A stretch of 64,000 bases of DNA. Origin: an uncultured bacterium. GTDB taxonomy: Bacteria > Babelota > Babeliae > Babelales > Babelaceae. Made by a program: the position numbers and the translations under genes. The stretch lies in contig CAWKFG010000002.1 in assembly GCA_963848965.1 (NCBI GenBank), positions 1,191-65,190 of the forward strand, read 5' to 3'. Below the pieces are notes generated by a model. It ran no database searches. It saw only the letters and a list, made by a program, of their open reading frames with translations, and was not told the DNA's origin. Numbering within the stretch: the first letter of the stretch is position 1; the number at the start of each line of letters is the position of its first letter. This document shows positions 17,519-26,205 of this stretch, piece by piece.

Positions 17519-18883
17519 TTATCTCACCTTTCTTTCCGCTAGCATTTCTAGCGCTTGTCTTATATCTTGCTGTTGTAAGCTCGCTATTTTTGCCACTGCA
17601 TAGAGAGGATAAGAATCTATTTTTTCAAAACTAGAATAATTATGCGTAGAGAACCGTATTCCATAATAAGAGTTGGGATGAGTTTCAAGAAACAAATGAA
17701 TACTTCTTAACGTCTTTCCAGAACCACTTTTTACTTCAATAGGAACAACAAGCTCTCTTTCTTGGATAAGATAATCTACTTCTGCCTGACTTGCTCGTTC
17801 TTTTCGATGCCAATAGTAAAGATGTTTTTTTCTCATAGGATCACTATAAGCAAGAAGCTCTTGACCGACAAATGCCTCAACAAGCGAACCTTTATTTACA
17901 AATTCTGTAATTGGATGTAAAAACCAGCCAGCAAGGTCTAATCCAAGCACCGCTTGACTAAGACCAACATCAAGAAACATTACCTTATAATCCTGCGGAT
18001 CTATTTGTGCTCCTAGCGGAACTCCTTGAGCAGAAGAATAAAATATTTTAGTACTTACTCCAGCTGTAACGAGCAGATCAAGAGCTGGCGCAAGTTCACG
18101 TTTACGATAATCCCCTTCTATAAGACTATACTTAAACTTTTTACCTAGTTGAAGTGGCATATGTTCAAAAAGCATTTCTACGTATTTAATTTGCAATCTT
18201 CTTGCATACTTACCAAAGTCTTGCCGATAAGCATCAAGAAGCCTATTATGAATTCTTGAACATCGAAGTATATCTTTTGTTTCTTTCCAACACTTTACTA
18301 CTTGTGGCATACCTCCTAAAGCAAGATATTCTCCTATAAGAGTAAGGGCTTTCTTATGAATAAGCTCGCTCATTTCCTCATTTAGTTCATGAGCAAGAAT
18401 TTCTTCTATTAATAGGTTTTCATCAAGCGCCGCAAGAAATTCTATAAATGATAGAGGATACATATAAAGTGACTGAACTCGACCAACAGGAATACCAACC
18501 TTTTCAATAGCAAAATCTAGTAATGATCCTGCTGCAATAACATGAAGTTCCGGTATCATTTCATAAAAATAACGTAAAGCAAGAAGAGCTTCAGGAACAA
18601 CTTGTATCTCATCCAAAAATAAAAGAGTCTTACCAGGGGTAATAGATTTTCCTGTAAACACTGAAATTTCTCGAAGAATTCTTTCTGGTTGTAGATCTTT
18701 TTTAAAGGTAGCATGAAGTTCTATCATAAGCTCTAGATTAACTTCTACAAAGTCAGAAAATGTACTACCTAAGGTGCGAGCCGCATGCGTTTTACCTACT
18801 TGTCGCGCTCCTCTTAAAAGAAGAGGGAGTCTATCTTTATCATTCTTCCAAGTACCTAGATAATAATCAATGATGCGCTTCAA
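17519..18883 (-). CDS. AAA+ ATPase with a DUF4143-type C-terminal domain (COG1373-like)
   Basis: 454 aa. Walker A is GARQVGKT and Walker B is LLFLDEIQ. The long C-terminal region is typical of the AAA_14/DUF4143 architecture. Confidence 0.8.
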   Translation of the reverse strand: MKRIIDYYLGTWKNDKDRLPLLLRGARQVGKTHAARTLGSTFSDFVEVNLELMIELHATFKKDLQPERILREISVFTGKSITPGKTLLFLDEIQVVPEALLALRYFYEMIPELHVIAAGSLLDFAIEKVGIPVGRVQSLYMYPLSFIEFLAALDENLLIEEILAHELNEEMSELIHKKALTLIGEYLALGGMPQVVKCWKETKDILRCSRIHNRLLDAYRQDFGKYARRLQIKYVEMLFEHMPLQLGKKFKYSLIEGDYRKRELAPALDLLVTAGVSTKIFYSSAQGVPLGAQIDPQDYKVMFLDVGLSQAVLGLDLAGWFLHPITEFVNKGSLVEAFVGQELLAYSDPMRKKHLYYWHRKERASQAEVDYLIQERELVVPIEVKSGSGKTLRSIHLFLETHPNSYYGIRFSTHNYSSFEKIDSYPLYAVAKIASLQQQDIRQALEMLAERKVR

Positions 18884-18921
18884 TAGAGCTCCTTGTACAA
18901 TACCTCACGATAACTAAGATA

Positions 18922-19006
18922 TTTTTGGTCGAAAATCAAATATAATTTTACAAATTTTTGGTTGAAAATCAAAGTAATTTTTAGATATTTTTGGTCGAAA
19001 ATCAAA
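18922..19006. repeat. three 33-bp-spaced direct repeats (19-nt core) in the ATPase upstream region
   Basis: TTTTTGGTCGAAAATCAAA occurs at 18922-18940 and 18988-19006. TTTTTGGTTGAAAATCAAA occurs at 18955-18973. The period is exactly 33 bp, and the nearest copy ends 39 nt upstream of the ATPase start codon. Confidence 0.85.
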
Positions 19007-19106
19007 CATATAGTTGCTTTTATGGATCTCAAAACAAAATACTGCAACAAAAAAAGAGAGGCGATCTCCTGCCGTAGCAGCCCCAAAACATTTGGGCATT
19101 CGACTA

Positions 19107-19126
19107 AAGGCGGCATAAGCCGCCTT
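19107..19126 (-). terminator. hairpin overlapping the nusB stop codon
   Basis: AAGGCGGC-TTAT-GCCGCCTT on the minus strand, with only a weak T tract after it. Confidence 0.3.
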
Positions 19127-19616
19127 ATTCTATTATCGTTTCTTGTCTACGCTTTAAAAACTCATCTAAGATACCGTTGACAAATTTATAGGCATCTTTT
19201 TCTGCAAAGCATTTAGCAAGTTCTACTGCTTCGTTAATAATTAAGATGCGGTCTGCTGGAGTATAGAGTATCTCCCAAAGAGCATTACGTAAAATAAGAC
19301 GAGTTGCTGTTCCTAATCGTTCAAACCGCCAATTATCAAGAAGAGGACGGTACATCTCATCAAGTTTAATGCGATCTTCAACAACTCCTGCTACTTGTCT
19401 ATAAAGAGCACTGTTTCGATCGATAGTAATACCAAAACCGCGTGTAAAATTGTCTACAATAGCCTCAAGAGAGCTATCATAATCAAATGAATCAGCAGCA
19501 TATAAAAGATGAAATATTAAAGACCGTTGGTCACGGGGCGATAAGGAATCGCTTGAAAGAGTATCCTCGCGCTCATCTATGCCTCTCCATTCTTTCTGCT
19601 TTATCTCATCGTCCAT
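19125..19616 (-). CDS. nusB: transcription antitermination factor NusB
   Basis: 163 aa. LIFHLLYAAD..., RLILRNALWEILY and INEAVELAKCFAEKDAYKFVNGILD match conserved NusB blocks. Confidence 0.85.
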   Translation of the reverse strand: MDDEIKQKEWRGIDEREDTLSSDSLSPRDQRSLIFHLLYAADSFDYDSSLEAIVDNFTRGFGITIDRNSALYRQVAGVVEDRIKLDEMYRPLLDNWRFERLGTATRLILRNALWEILYTPADRILIINEAVELAKCFAEKDAYKFVNGILDEFLKRRQETIIE

Positions 19617-19632
19617 ATATCGTACCTACATA

Positions 19633-20199
19633 TTATTTTTTCACACGTTCTATATATTTTGCTTCTCTGGTATCTACTTTAATAACATCACCTTCATTTA
19701 CAAAAAGTGGAACTTGTATAACTAAGCCTGATTCAAGCGTTGCAGGCTTTGTTCCTCCGCCTTGTGCAGTATCGCCACGTACACCAGGCGGCGTCTCTTT
19801 TACCTCAAGCTCCATAAAGAGTGGTGCATTTACTGCTATAGGACGATCATTAAAGTATAAAACAGTATAGACTGTTTGTTCCTTTAAAAAATCAAGAACA
19901 TCCGCAAGCTGTTCAGCAGTAAGCTCTACTTGATCATACGTTTCTTGCTCAATGAAGTTATAGATGCCATCTTGTCCATAGACATAAAGCATTTCTTTAT
20001 ATTCAAGATCTGGCGTTTCTAATTTTTCTTCTGCTCTGAATGTTTCTTCATGAACAAGACCGCTAATTAAATTTTTCATTTTTGTGCGCATGTAGGCACC
20101 GCCTTTTCCAGGCTTTACATGCTGGTATTCAAGCACTGTATAGGGCTCCCCCTTATACAGCAGTTTGGTACCACGACGTAAATCTCCAGCTAAAACCAC
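19633..20199 (-). CDS. efp: elongation factor P
   Basis: 188 aa with a GTG start. GDLRRGTKLLYKGEPYTVLEYQHVKPGKGGAYMRTKMKNL is the conserved EF-P N-domain, including the KPGKG loop. Confidence 0.95.
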   Translation of the reverse strand: MVLAGDLRRGTKLLYKGEPYTVLEYQHVKPGKGGAYMRTKMKNLISGLVHEETFRAEEKLETPDLEYKEMLYVYGQDGIYNFIEQETYDQVELTAEQLADVLDFLKEQTVYTVLYFNDRPIAVNAPLFMELEVKETPPGVRGDTAQGGGTKPATLESGLVIQVPLFVNEGDVIKVDTREAKYIERVKK

Positions 20200-20302
20200 A
20201 GTACATCCTTTGTAACAAAATAATACGTAAATCGGTATTTTTAGTATAGAAAATACCCATAAAAAAGCAATAACCCCTAGAACACTCGTGTACTTATCTT
20301 AG

Positions 20303-21391
20303 CTATTGCACAACTTTATCTGTAGCCCAACGTGCAGATAGTTCTACTAGTTGAGCTTTAAATTCACTATCAATGTCATCATACTGTGTTTGTCTCTCTT
20401 TTGTCTTTCTAAAGCTTTTTAAAAAGCTTTGTTGAACTGCTTTGATACGAGCATGCCAATATTCAAAATAAAGCTTTTTCATTGAATACTGCTTACTCGT
20501 AATCTCTTGGTATTTACGCTCAAGAAATTCTTGAGTTACCTGATTCCAATTACTAACAACAACAATAGGAAGATCTTTATAGAGTATATTAAGCTGTGAT
20601 GATCGTACTATTGGTATAGATCCTACTAAAAGTGCTTCCCATGTTCTATAGCAATCAATTCCTGCTCCTCGAGGAGACAACGTAAACTTACAAGTAGCCA
20701 TCTCAGCTAAGTAATCCATAGTAGGATGAGTTTCATCAAATTTACAACAAAATGGTTGCGCTTCAAATATGCACTGAACTGTTTTACGTTCTGCATGCGT
20801 ATGCGCGGCAAAATTCATGGCAAGAAGATTATTTTTAGGAACAGCACGAAGTTTCTCAAAATAAGCATCCATATCATCCCGTTTGTCATAAAACGCTTTT
20901 AAGCCAATAACTCCGATAGGGATAGGAACAAATTTAGGATGATGGTATGTTCCTGGATGAATACCAAACCACGCAAGTACCTTTTTATCGTTTAAATAAT
21001 GAGCATGTTCGTTTTTATAGGCATCATCAACATCGCCATGCGTAATAAGAATATAGGGACTCTTTATCTTTGAATGTGCATGTTCAAAGAACAATCCGGG
21101 TACTCGAGCAAAAATAATATCTCCTGGCTGCACAGCAGAAGGATCGAAGTGAACAGGACAAAGCTTTTCTTGCAGCGTCGTAGCCTTACCATCAGGTTCA
21201 AAGTAATGTTGAGCACACTCTCGAAATGCCCAACGAATAATAAAAGTAGAAGAAGGAACACTACGCAAAAACTGTCCTACCTCTGCTTTATATTCGTTAT
21301 TTCCATTGACACATTTAGCTGGCACAAAAAGCATGAGCTGCGCAAGAAAACTGTTTGTAAGAACTATCCATACTAGTGAAATTCTCTTCAT
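20303..21391 (-). CDS. secreted exostosin-like (GT47-like) glycosyltransferase family protein, paralogue 1
   Basis: Signal peptide. The C-terminal CKFTLSPRGAGIDCYRTWEALLVGSIPIV resembles the exostosin motif (S.FCL.P.G....R..EA...GCIPV). Confidence 0.5.
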   Translation of the reverse strand: MKRISLVWIVLTNSFLAQLMLFVPAKCVNGNNEYKAEVGQFLRSVPSSTFIIRWAFRECAQHYFEPDGKATTLQEKLCPVHFDPSAVQPGDIIFARVPGLFFEHAHSKIKSPYILITHGDVDDAYKNEHAHYLNDKKVLAWFGIHPGTYHHPKFVPIPIGVIGLKAFYDKRDDMDAYFEKLRAVPKNNLLAMNFAAHTHAERKTVQCIFEAQPFCCKFDETHPTMDYLAEMATCKFTLSPRGAGIDCYRTWEALLVGSIPIVRSSQLNILYKDLPIVVVSNWNQVTQEFLERKYQEITSKQYSMKKLYFEYWHARIKAVQQSFLKSFRKTKERQTQYDDIDSEFKAQLVELSARWATDKVVQ

Positions 21392-21421
21392 ATAACATCT
21401 CTCTTAGTTTTTCATAACTAT

Positions 21422-22384
21422 TTATTTAAGAAAGTTTTCACGTACTCTCTGAATCTGGTTATTCCAATACTCTATATAAAGCTTTTCTATGTTATATTTT
21501 TTTGAAGTAATTTCTTTATATTTTTGGTTAAGAAACGCTTCGTTCAGCTGTTCCCATTTATCTATAACTACTATTGGTAAATCTCTATAAAGTGTATTAA
21601 GTTGTGATGATTTCACAACAGGAACAGATCCTACTAAAAGAGCCTCCCAGGTTCTATAGCAATCAATACCAATACCTTTAGGAGAAAGCGTAAATTTGCA
21701 TCGTGCCATTTCAGTCATATAATCAAGCCACGGTTTTCTGTCACCTACTAAGCAAAATGGCTTACCAGCAAACATTTTTCTACAGAGCTGTCTATCTTTT
21801 CTATGAGGATCAACAAAATTTATGTATACAAGCTTATCTTTTTTTACTCCTTTCAAGTACGATAAAAATTTATGTGTTTCTTCTTGGTTTTTTCCATATG
21901 AATGACTGCGAGCTATAACTCCAAGAGGAATAGGAAAAAACTTAGGATGTACAGTTACAGTAGGATGAATCCCAAACCATGCAATTATTTTATTACTAGT
22001 AAGATATGGTACATAACTATCTTTAAATGCATCGTTTACATCTCCATGAGTGATAAGAATATAAGGATTTTTAATAGACGGATGTATTTTTTCTAAAAAT
22101 TTACCCGGCGCTCGGGCAAACACAATATCTCCTGCTTTTACTTCCTTTGGCTCTACCGTTTGCTTTCCTACAACAAGCGATTCCTTTTCTGGATCAAACT
22201 GGAAATGCGCTATATCTCTAAACCCAAACTGAGAAATATAGCGATGAGAAGTTTCTGCATCTAAGAACGAAGGAATTTGTAAGGACTGTAATTGACATAG
22301 TTCAGGTATTTGAACAGTATCATCTTGAGCATAGACTCCTCTACTAAGCGCTAAAGAAATCACTATACATAAGTTCTTTTTCAT
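21422..22384 (-). CDS. secreted exostosin-like (GT47-like) glycosyltransferase family protein, paralogue 2
   Basis: Collinear with paralogue 1 (ILITHGDV.DA.K, AWFGIHP, CKFTLSPKGIGIDCYRTWEALLVGSVPVV), with a signal peptide. Confidence 0.5.
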   Translation of the reverse strand: MKKNLCIVISLALSRGVYAQDDTVQIPELCQLQSLQIPSFLDAETSHRYISQFGFRDIAHFQFDPEKESLVVGKQTVEPKEVKAGDIVFARAPGKFLEKIHPSIKNPYILITHGDVNDAFKDSYVPYLTSNKIIAWFGIHPTVTVHPKFFPIPLGVIARSHSYGKNQEETHKFLSYLKGVKKDKLVYINFVDPHRKDRQLCRKMFAGKPFCLVGDRKPWLDYMTEMARCKFTLSPKGIGIDCYRTWEALLVGSVPVVKSSQLNTLYRDLPIVVIDKWEQLNEAFLNQKYKEITSKKYNIEKLYIEYWNNQIQRVRENFLK

Positions 22385-22589
22385 ATGGCTCTCCCTTTTA
22401 AAACATTTTCCAAATTATCCCTAGGCTACCTTCTCTTTTTTTGAAAATCAACAGAAAAACCCAAAAGAGAGCGATATTTTCGTTAACATCTCTTTTTTAT
22501 TATGTTATAATTAATAATAGAAAATGATTTAGAATTTCTTTTGTGCTCTTTTATGGTATACTAGAGCGCAAACGGTGTTAACCCTTCAC

Positions 22590-23819
22590 ATGAGTAGTCT
22601 TATGAACATACTAAAAATTACTGATCCTGCTCTTGCCTCGCTTATTGAGCAAGAAGAAACTCGGCAAACTACGGGTATCAACCTTATAGCGTCAGAAAAT
22701 TATACTCACCCTGCCGTTCTAGAGGTTACAGGTTCAGTACTCACCAATAAGTATGCTGAAGGTTATCCTGGTAAGCGGTACTATGGAGGGTGCGAATTTG
22801 TAGACAAAGTAGAGCTTCTTGCTATTGAACGCTGCAAAGAGCTCTTTGGTGCCGAGCATGTTAATGTTCAACCTCATGCAGGCTCTCAAGCAAATATGGC
22901 AGTATATACAGCTATACTGAAGCCAGGTGATACTATTATGGGAATGAGTCTCGCAGCTGGAGGACATCTTACTCATGGTCATACAGTTAACTTTTCGGGA
23001 ACACTGTATAATACCATTCAATATAGTGTAGATCCACAAACAGAACTCATAGACTATAAGGTAGTAGAGGAACTTGCTTTACATCATAAGCCAAAGCTTA
23101 TTATAGCTGGGGCATCTGCTTATTCTCGCATCATTGATTTTGAACGATTTGCAGCTATTGCTCACAAAGTAGGTGCCTATTTTATGGCAGATATAGCTCA
23201 TATTGCCGGCCTTATAGCCGTAGGTTTACATCCAAGCCCAGTTCCTTATGCAGACTTTGTAACAAGCACTACCCATAAAACACTTCGAGGCCCACGCGGT
23301 GGTTTTATTATGTGTAAAGCTGAGTTCAAAGATGCTCTTGATAGAGCTATTATGCCAGGTACCCAAGGTGGTCCTGCTATGCATACTATTGCAGCTAAAG
23401 CAGTTGCTTTTCATCTTGCACAGCAACCTGAATTTAAACAGTACCAACAACAGATTATTGCTAATGCACAAGCAATGGTAGAAACATTTAAAGAGCGTGG
23501 GTACCGTATAGTATCCGGTGGCACTGATAACCATCTTTTTATTCTTGACTTGCGTTCAAAGCATATAACGGGTAAAGCGGCAGAGACGGCTCTTGAACAA
23601 GCGGGCGTGAGCGTAAGCCGCAGCGCTATTCCCAATGACCCTGAAAAGCCATGGATTACAAGCGGCATTCGTATTGGAACTCCTGCTATTACTACTCGTG
23701 GACTCAAAGAAAAAGAAGCTCAAACTATTGCTTCTTTTATTGATGAAGTGCTTACCTATCATACAGATACACAAAAACTTGCAAGTATCAAAAATCATGT
23801 AAGCACACTATTCACATAA
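22590..23819 (+). CDS. glyA: serine hydroxymethyltransferase
   Basis: [21 protein letters not shown] and [14 protein letters not shown] (PLP lysine motif). The start is ambiguous between GTG 22575, ATG 22590 and ATG 22602. Confidence 0.95.
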   Translation: MSSLMNILKITDPALASLIEQEETRQTTGINLIASENYTHPAVLEVTGSVLTNKYAEGYPGKRYYGGCEFVDKVELLAIERCKELFGAEHVNVQPHAGSQANMAVYTAILKPGDTIMGMSLAAGGHLTHGHTVNFSGTLYNTIQYSVDPQTELIDYKVVEELALHHKPKLIIAGASAYSRIIDFERFAAIAHKVGAYFMADIAHIAGLIAVGLHPSPVPYADFVTSTTHKTLRGPRGGFIMCKAEFKDALDRAIMPGTQGGPAMHTIAAKAVAFHLAQQPEFKQYQQQIIANAQAMVETFKERGYRIVSGGTDNHLFILDLRSKHITGKAAETALEQAGVSVSRSAIPNDPEKPWITSGIRIGTPAITTRGLKEKEAQTIASFIDEVLTYHTDTQKLASIKNHVSTLFT

Positions 23820-23827
23820 AGGATATT

Positions 23828-24271
23828 ATGGTACCTGTATGGCACCTCTATGCACTTTTATCTGCAGCTTTTGCTGCATTAGTAGCAATCTTTGGGAAAA
23901 AAGGGTTTGGTGATCTTGGAACTCTTGATAGCACGCTAGCAACAACAGTACGGGCCGTTATTATGGCCCTCTTTTTACTTGTAGTTTCACTGTCACTTGG
24001 CAAGTTTAAGCTTTTGTCTACCATACAATCACGAGCGCTTCTTTTTATTACACTTTCTGGTATTGCAGGAGCCCTTTCATGGTTATTTTACTTTCTTGCC
24101 ATACAAATAGCTCCAGCAGATCAGGTACCTGCAGTTGCTGCTCTTGATAGACTGAGTGTCGTATTTGTTCTGGTATTTGCAGTTCTTTTCTTAGGTGATA
24201 CACTTACGATATATTCAGCTCTGGGTGCAACACTGCTTACAATCGGCGCAATCTTAATGACGATAAAATAA
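23828..24271 (+). CDS. small EamA/DMT-family membrane transporter
   Basis: 147 aa with about 5 TM segments and a single EamA-like half (SWLFYFLAIQIAPA..V.A...LSVVFVLVFAVLFLGD). Confidence 0.65.
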   Translation: MVPVWHLYALLSAAFAALVAIFGKKGFGDLGTLDSTLATTVRAVIMALFLLVVSLSLGKFKLLSTIQSRALLFITLSGIAGALSWLFYFLAIQIAPADQVPAVAALDRLSVVFVLVFAVLFLGDTLTIYSALGATLLTIGAILMTIK

Positions 24272-24272
24272 C

Positions 24273-24764
24273 ATGGAAAAGCTTTATGCGCCTTGGCGCG
24301 GTAACTATATAAATAACGGTACATCTGGCAAATGCGTGTTCTGCTGTTGTGCTCAAAGTACGAATGACGAAGAAAATTTTATTTTAAAACGGTATCCAAC
24401 CGGTATGGTTATGTTGAACCTTTACCCTTACAATGCTGGTCATATACTTATTGTACCCTTTACCCATACAGCTCATATAACTACCTTAACTGCCAAAGAA
24501 CGATTTGAGATGGTTGAAATGGCAAGTATAAGTTCTGCTATCTTAGAACAAACACTCAATTGTGAAGGCATAAACATAGGAGTTAATATAGCAAAGTCAG
24601 CTGGAGGAAGCATACCGGAGCATATTCATATGCATGTAGTTCCTCGTTGGACAGGAGATACTAATTTCCTTGTCACAACTGCAGATACTAAGGTTGTTCC
24701 TTTTGATCTCTGCCACATCTATAAAAAGCTTCGTGCTGCCCTTCTTATTTCGAAGAATGTTTAA
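24273..24764 (+). CDS. HIT-family nucleotide hydrolase/transferase
   Basis: Histidine triad HIHMHVVPR, followed by WTGDTNF. The start follows the previous stop by 2 nt. Confidence 0.85.
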   Translation: MEKLYAPWRGNYINNGTSGKCVFCCCAQSTNDEENFILKRYPTGMVMLNLYPYNAGHILIVPFTHTAHITTLTAKERFEMVEMASISSAILEQTLNCEGINIGVNIAKSAGGSIPEHIHMHVVPRWTGDTNFLVTTADTKVVPFDLCHIYKKLRAALLISKNV

Positions 24765-25590
24765 GTGCTTCTTCTAGTAACCTTACAACCTCTTGAGCAT
24801 CTTTCTTATGCTCTTCGCTAAATGAAAGATCTGCTCGTTCTCGAGCATAACTTAAAGCTGTTCTTCCTTCTTTATTTACAATACGAGGATCTGCTCCCTG
24901 CGCTAGTAAAAACTGTACCAAATGAAGATCAGCATTCCATGAAGCAGTCATGAGGGCAGTACTTCCTTGTTCGTTTTGTGTATTAACATCTGCCCCAGCT
25001 TGTAACAAAAGATCAACTTTTTCTTTATCTGAAACCCTTAAATGAGGGGAAGTTACAGGAAGATTAAGCTCAGCCACAAGTTGACCCGCCACCGCCTTAC
25101 TTTCTGGGTTGCTTTTTATGAGCTCTGTAAGCCATTTACGAGCAGAGTCTGTTGTTCCTCCTAACAGAGCCATGGTGAGAAGCATTCTGTCTTTCAGCGT
25201 ATCAAGCAAATTTTTAAAATAACTTCTTTGTCGTAATTCATTAATTACCATATCGGTAAAAATAGAAGCCACATGAGGCCGCTCTTTAAATTCTTTATCT
25301 AAAATAGGCTTCAAGTGACCATGTAAAAATTTTTCAAAGATTGATTCACCGGCAAATGATGTTGGAGCTACATTGATATTCTTGAGTCGTTCCGCTTCTT
25401 GTTTTAAAAGAGTATTTGCTACTTCTTGCGCTCGAGGAAAAAGACCAAACTTTTCAATCTCTGCAATCAGTTCAGCAGGTAACTGTGCTAAAAAGGTATC
25501 TTGAAGAGCTTTTTTTAAAGCTGACTCCATAGCCCCTAGGAAAGCAGGGTATGCAAGCATTAGTATAATTGTAAAAATTTTTTTATACAT
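24745..25590 (-). CDS. secreted ankyrin-repeat protein with an F-box-like LPxEL motif
   Basis: Signal peptide, LAQLPAELIAEIEKF near residue 35, and C-terminal ANK repeats (LLQAGADVNTQNEQGSTALMTA, LLAQGADPRIVNKEGRTAL). Confidence 0.8.
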   Translation of the reverse strand: MYKKIFTIILMLAYPAFLGAMESALKKALQDTFLAQLPAELIAEIEKFGLFPRAQEVANTLLKQEAERLKNINVAPTSFAGESIFEKFLHGHLKPILDKEFKERPHVASIFTDMVINELRQRSYFKNLLDTLKDRMLLTMALLGGTTDSARKWLTELIKSNPESKAVAGQLVAELNLPVTSPHLRVSDKEKVDLLLQAGADVNTQNEQGSTALMTASWNADLHLVQFLLAQGADPRIVNKEGRTALSYARERADLSFSEEHKKDAQEVVRLLEEALKHSSK

Positions 25591-25735
25591 TATATAACCC
25601 TCTTTTCTTTAATGATTATTTCTATTATAGTAAAATAATACAGAGAAAATCAAGATAATAGAGATACGTTACGATGCTTAAAAAGAGATCTGAGTGCAAG
25701 CACCGAACAATCTGAGCAACAATACTCTCCCTTTG

Positions 25736-26001
25736 TTAAAAAATATCTGAATGTGTACCTAATCTTGCAAAATAGATATGCGTTTTGGTTTTTTTATAAA
25801 TTAGTAGCATGTCGTTTTTGACGTGGCAGTCTCGATAATCAATATAGTTCCCTTTAAATTTATGATCGCGATATTTTGCGGGTAAAGGCTTTCCTGATAG
25901 AAGAAGCAATGTTACAGTTTCTAGCTCTTGAAGATCATGGCCACGTTTTTTATAAGCTCTACGTCTTTTTTAAAACGTCGATCATAAACAGGGATTAGCA
26001 T
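25736..26001 (-). pseudogene. YafQ/RelE-type toxin with a frameshift in an A-run
   Basis: MLIPVYDRRFKKDVELIK then, after a missing A in an A6 tract (~25958-25963), KRGHDLQELETV...KYRDHKFKGNYIDYRDCHVKNDMLLIYKKTKTHIYFARLGTHSDIF*. The span is 266 nt, which is not a multiple of three. Confidence 0.6.
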
Positions 26002-26003
26002 AG

Positions 26004-26111
26004 TTATTTAAGACCAATTTTTTTAAAGAAATCGTCAGCATCCTTACATGTAATTAAATTTTTTCCTCTTTCTATATTATCTATAGCTTTTAACGTTATT
26101 TCATGAGGTAG
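26004..26111 (-). pseudogene. C-terminal remnant of a RelB/DinJ-type antitoxin
   Basis: ...LPHEITLKAIDNIERGKNLITCKDADDFFKKIGLK*. The stop lies 2 nt before the toxin ATG, and the N-terminal RHH part is replaced by the HIT-gene fragment. Confidence 0.4.
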
Positions 26112-26112
26112 T

Positions 26113-26205
26113 ATACCAGAACACATTCATATGCATGTAGTACCTCACTGGACAGGAGATACTAATTTCCTTGTTACAACTGCAGATACTAAGGTTATTC
26201 CTTTT
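26113..26205 (+). pseudogene. duplicated 3' fragment of the HIT gene
   Basis: 85 of 93 nt are identical to 24612..24704 (hand alignment). It encodes IPEHIHMHVVPHWTGDTNFLVTTADTKV but has no upstream part. Confidence 0.8.

Noticed and set aside
18922-19006. Possible miniature CRISPR array, based on regularly spaced direct repeats.
   Set aside because: There are only three 19-nt repeats with 14-nt spacers, no cas genes nearby, and the array sits in a promoter region. Repeat and spacer lengths are far below CRISPR norms.
18880-19180. ORF-track entries 18880..19116, 18914..19099 and 18962..19180.
   Set aside because: They are translations of the 33-bp repeat array and the nusB terminator region, as the repeated FDQKYL/IFDFRPKIS peptides show. 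They are intergenic artefacts.
22385-22574. Possible riboswitch or leader (for example ZTP/pfl or a T-box) upstream of glyA.
   Set aside because: The region is very AT-rich and has no recognisable conserved cores or stable helices.
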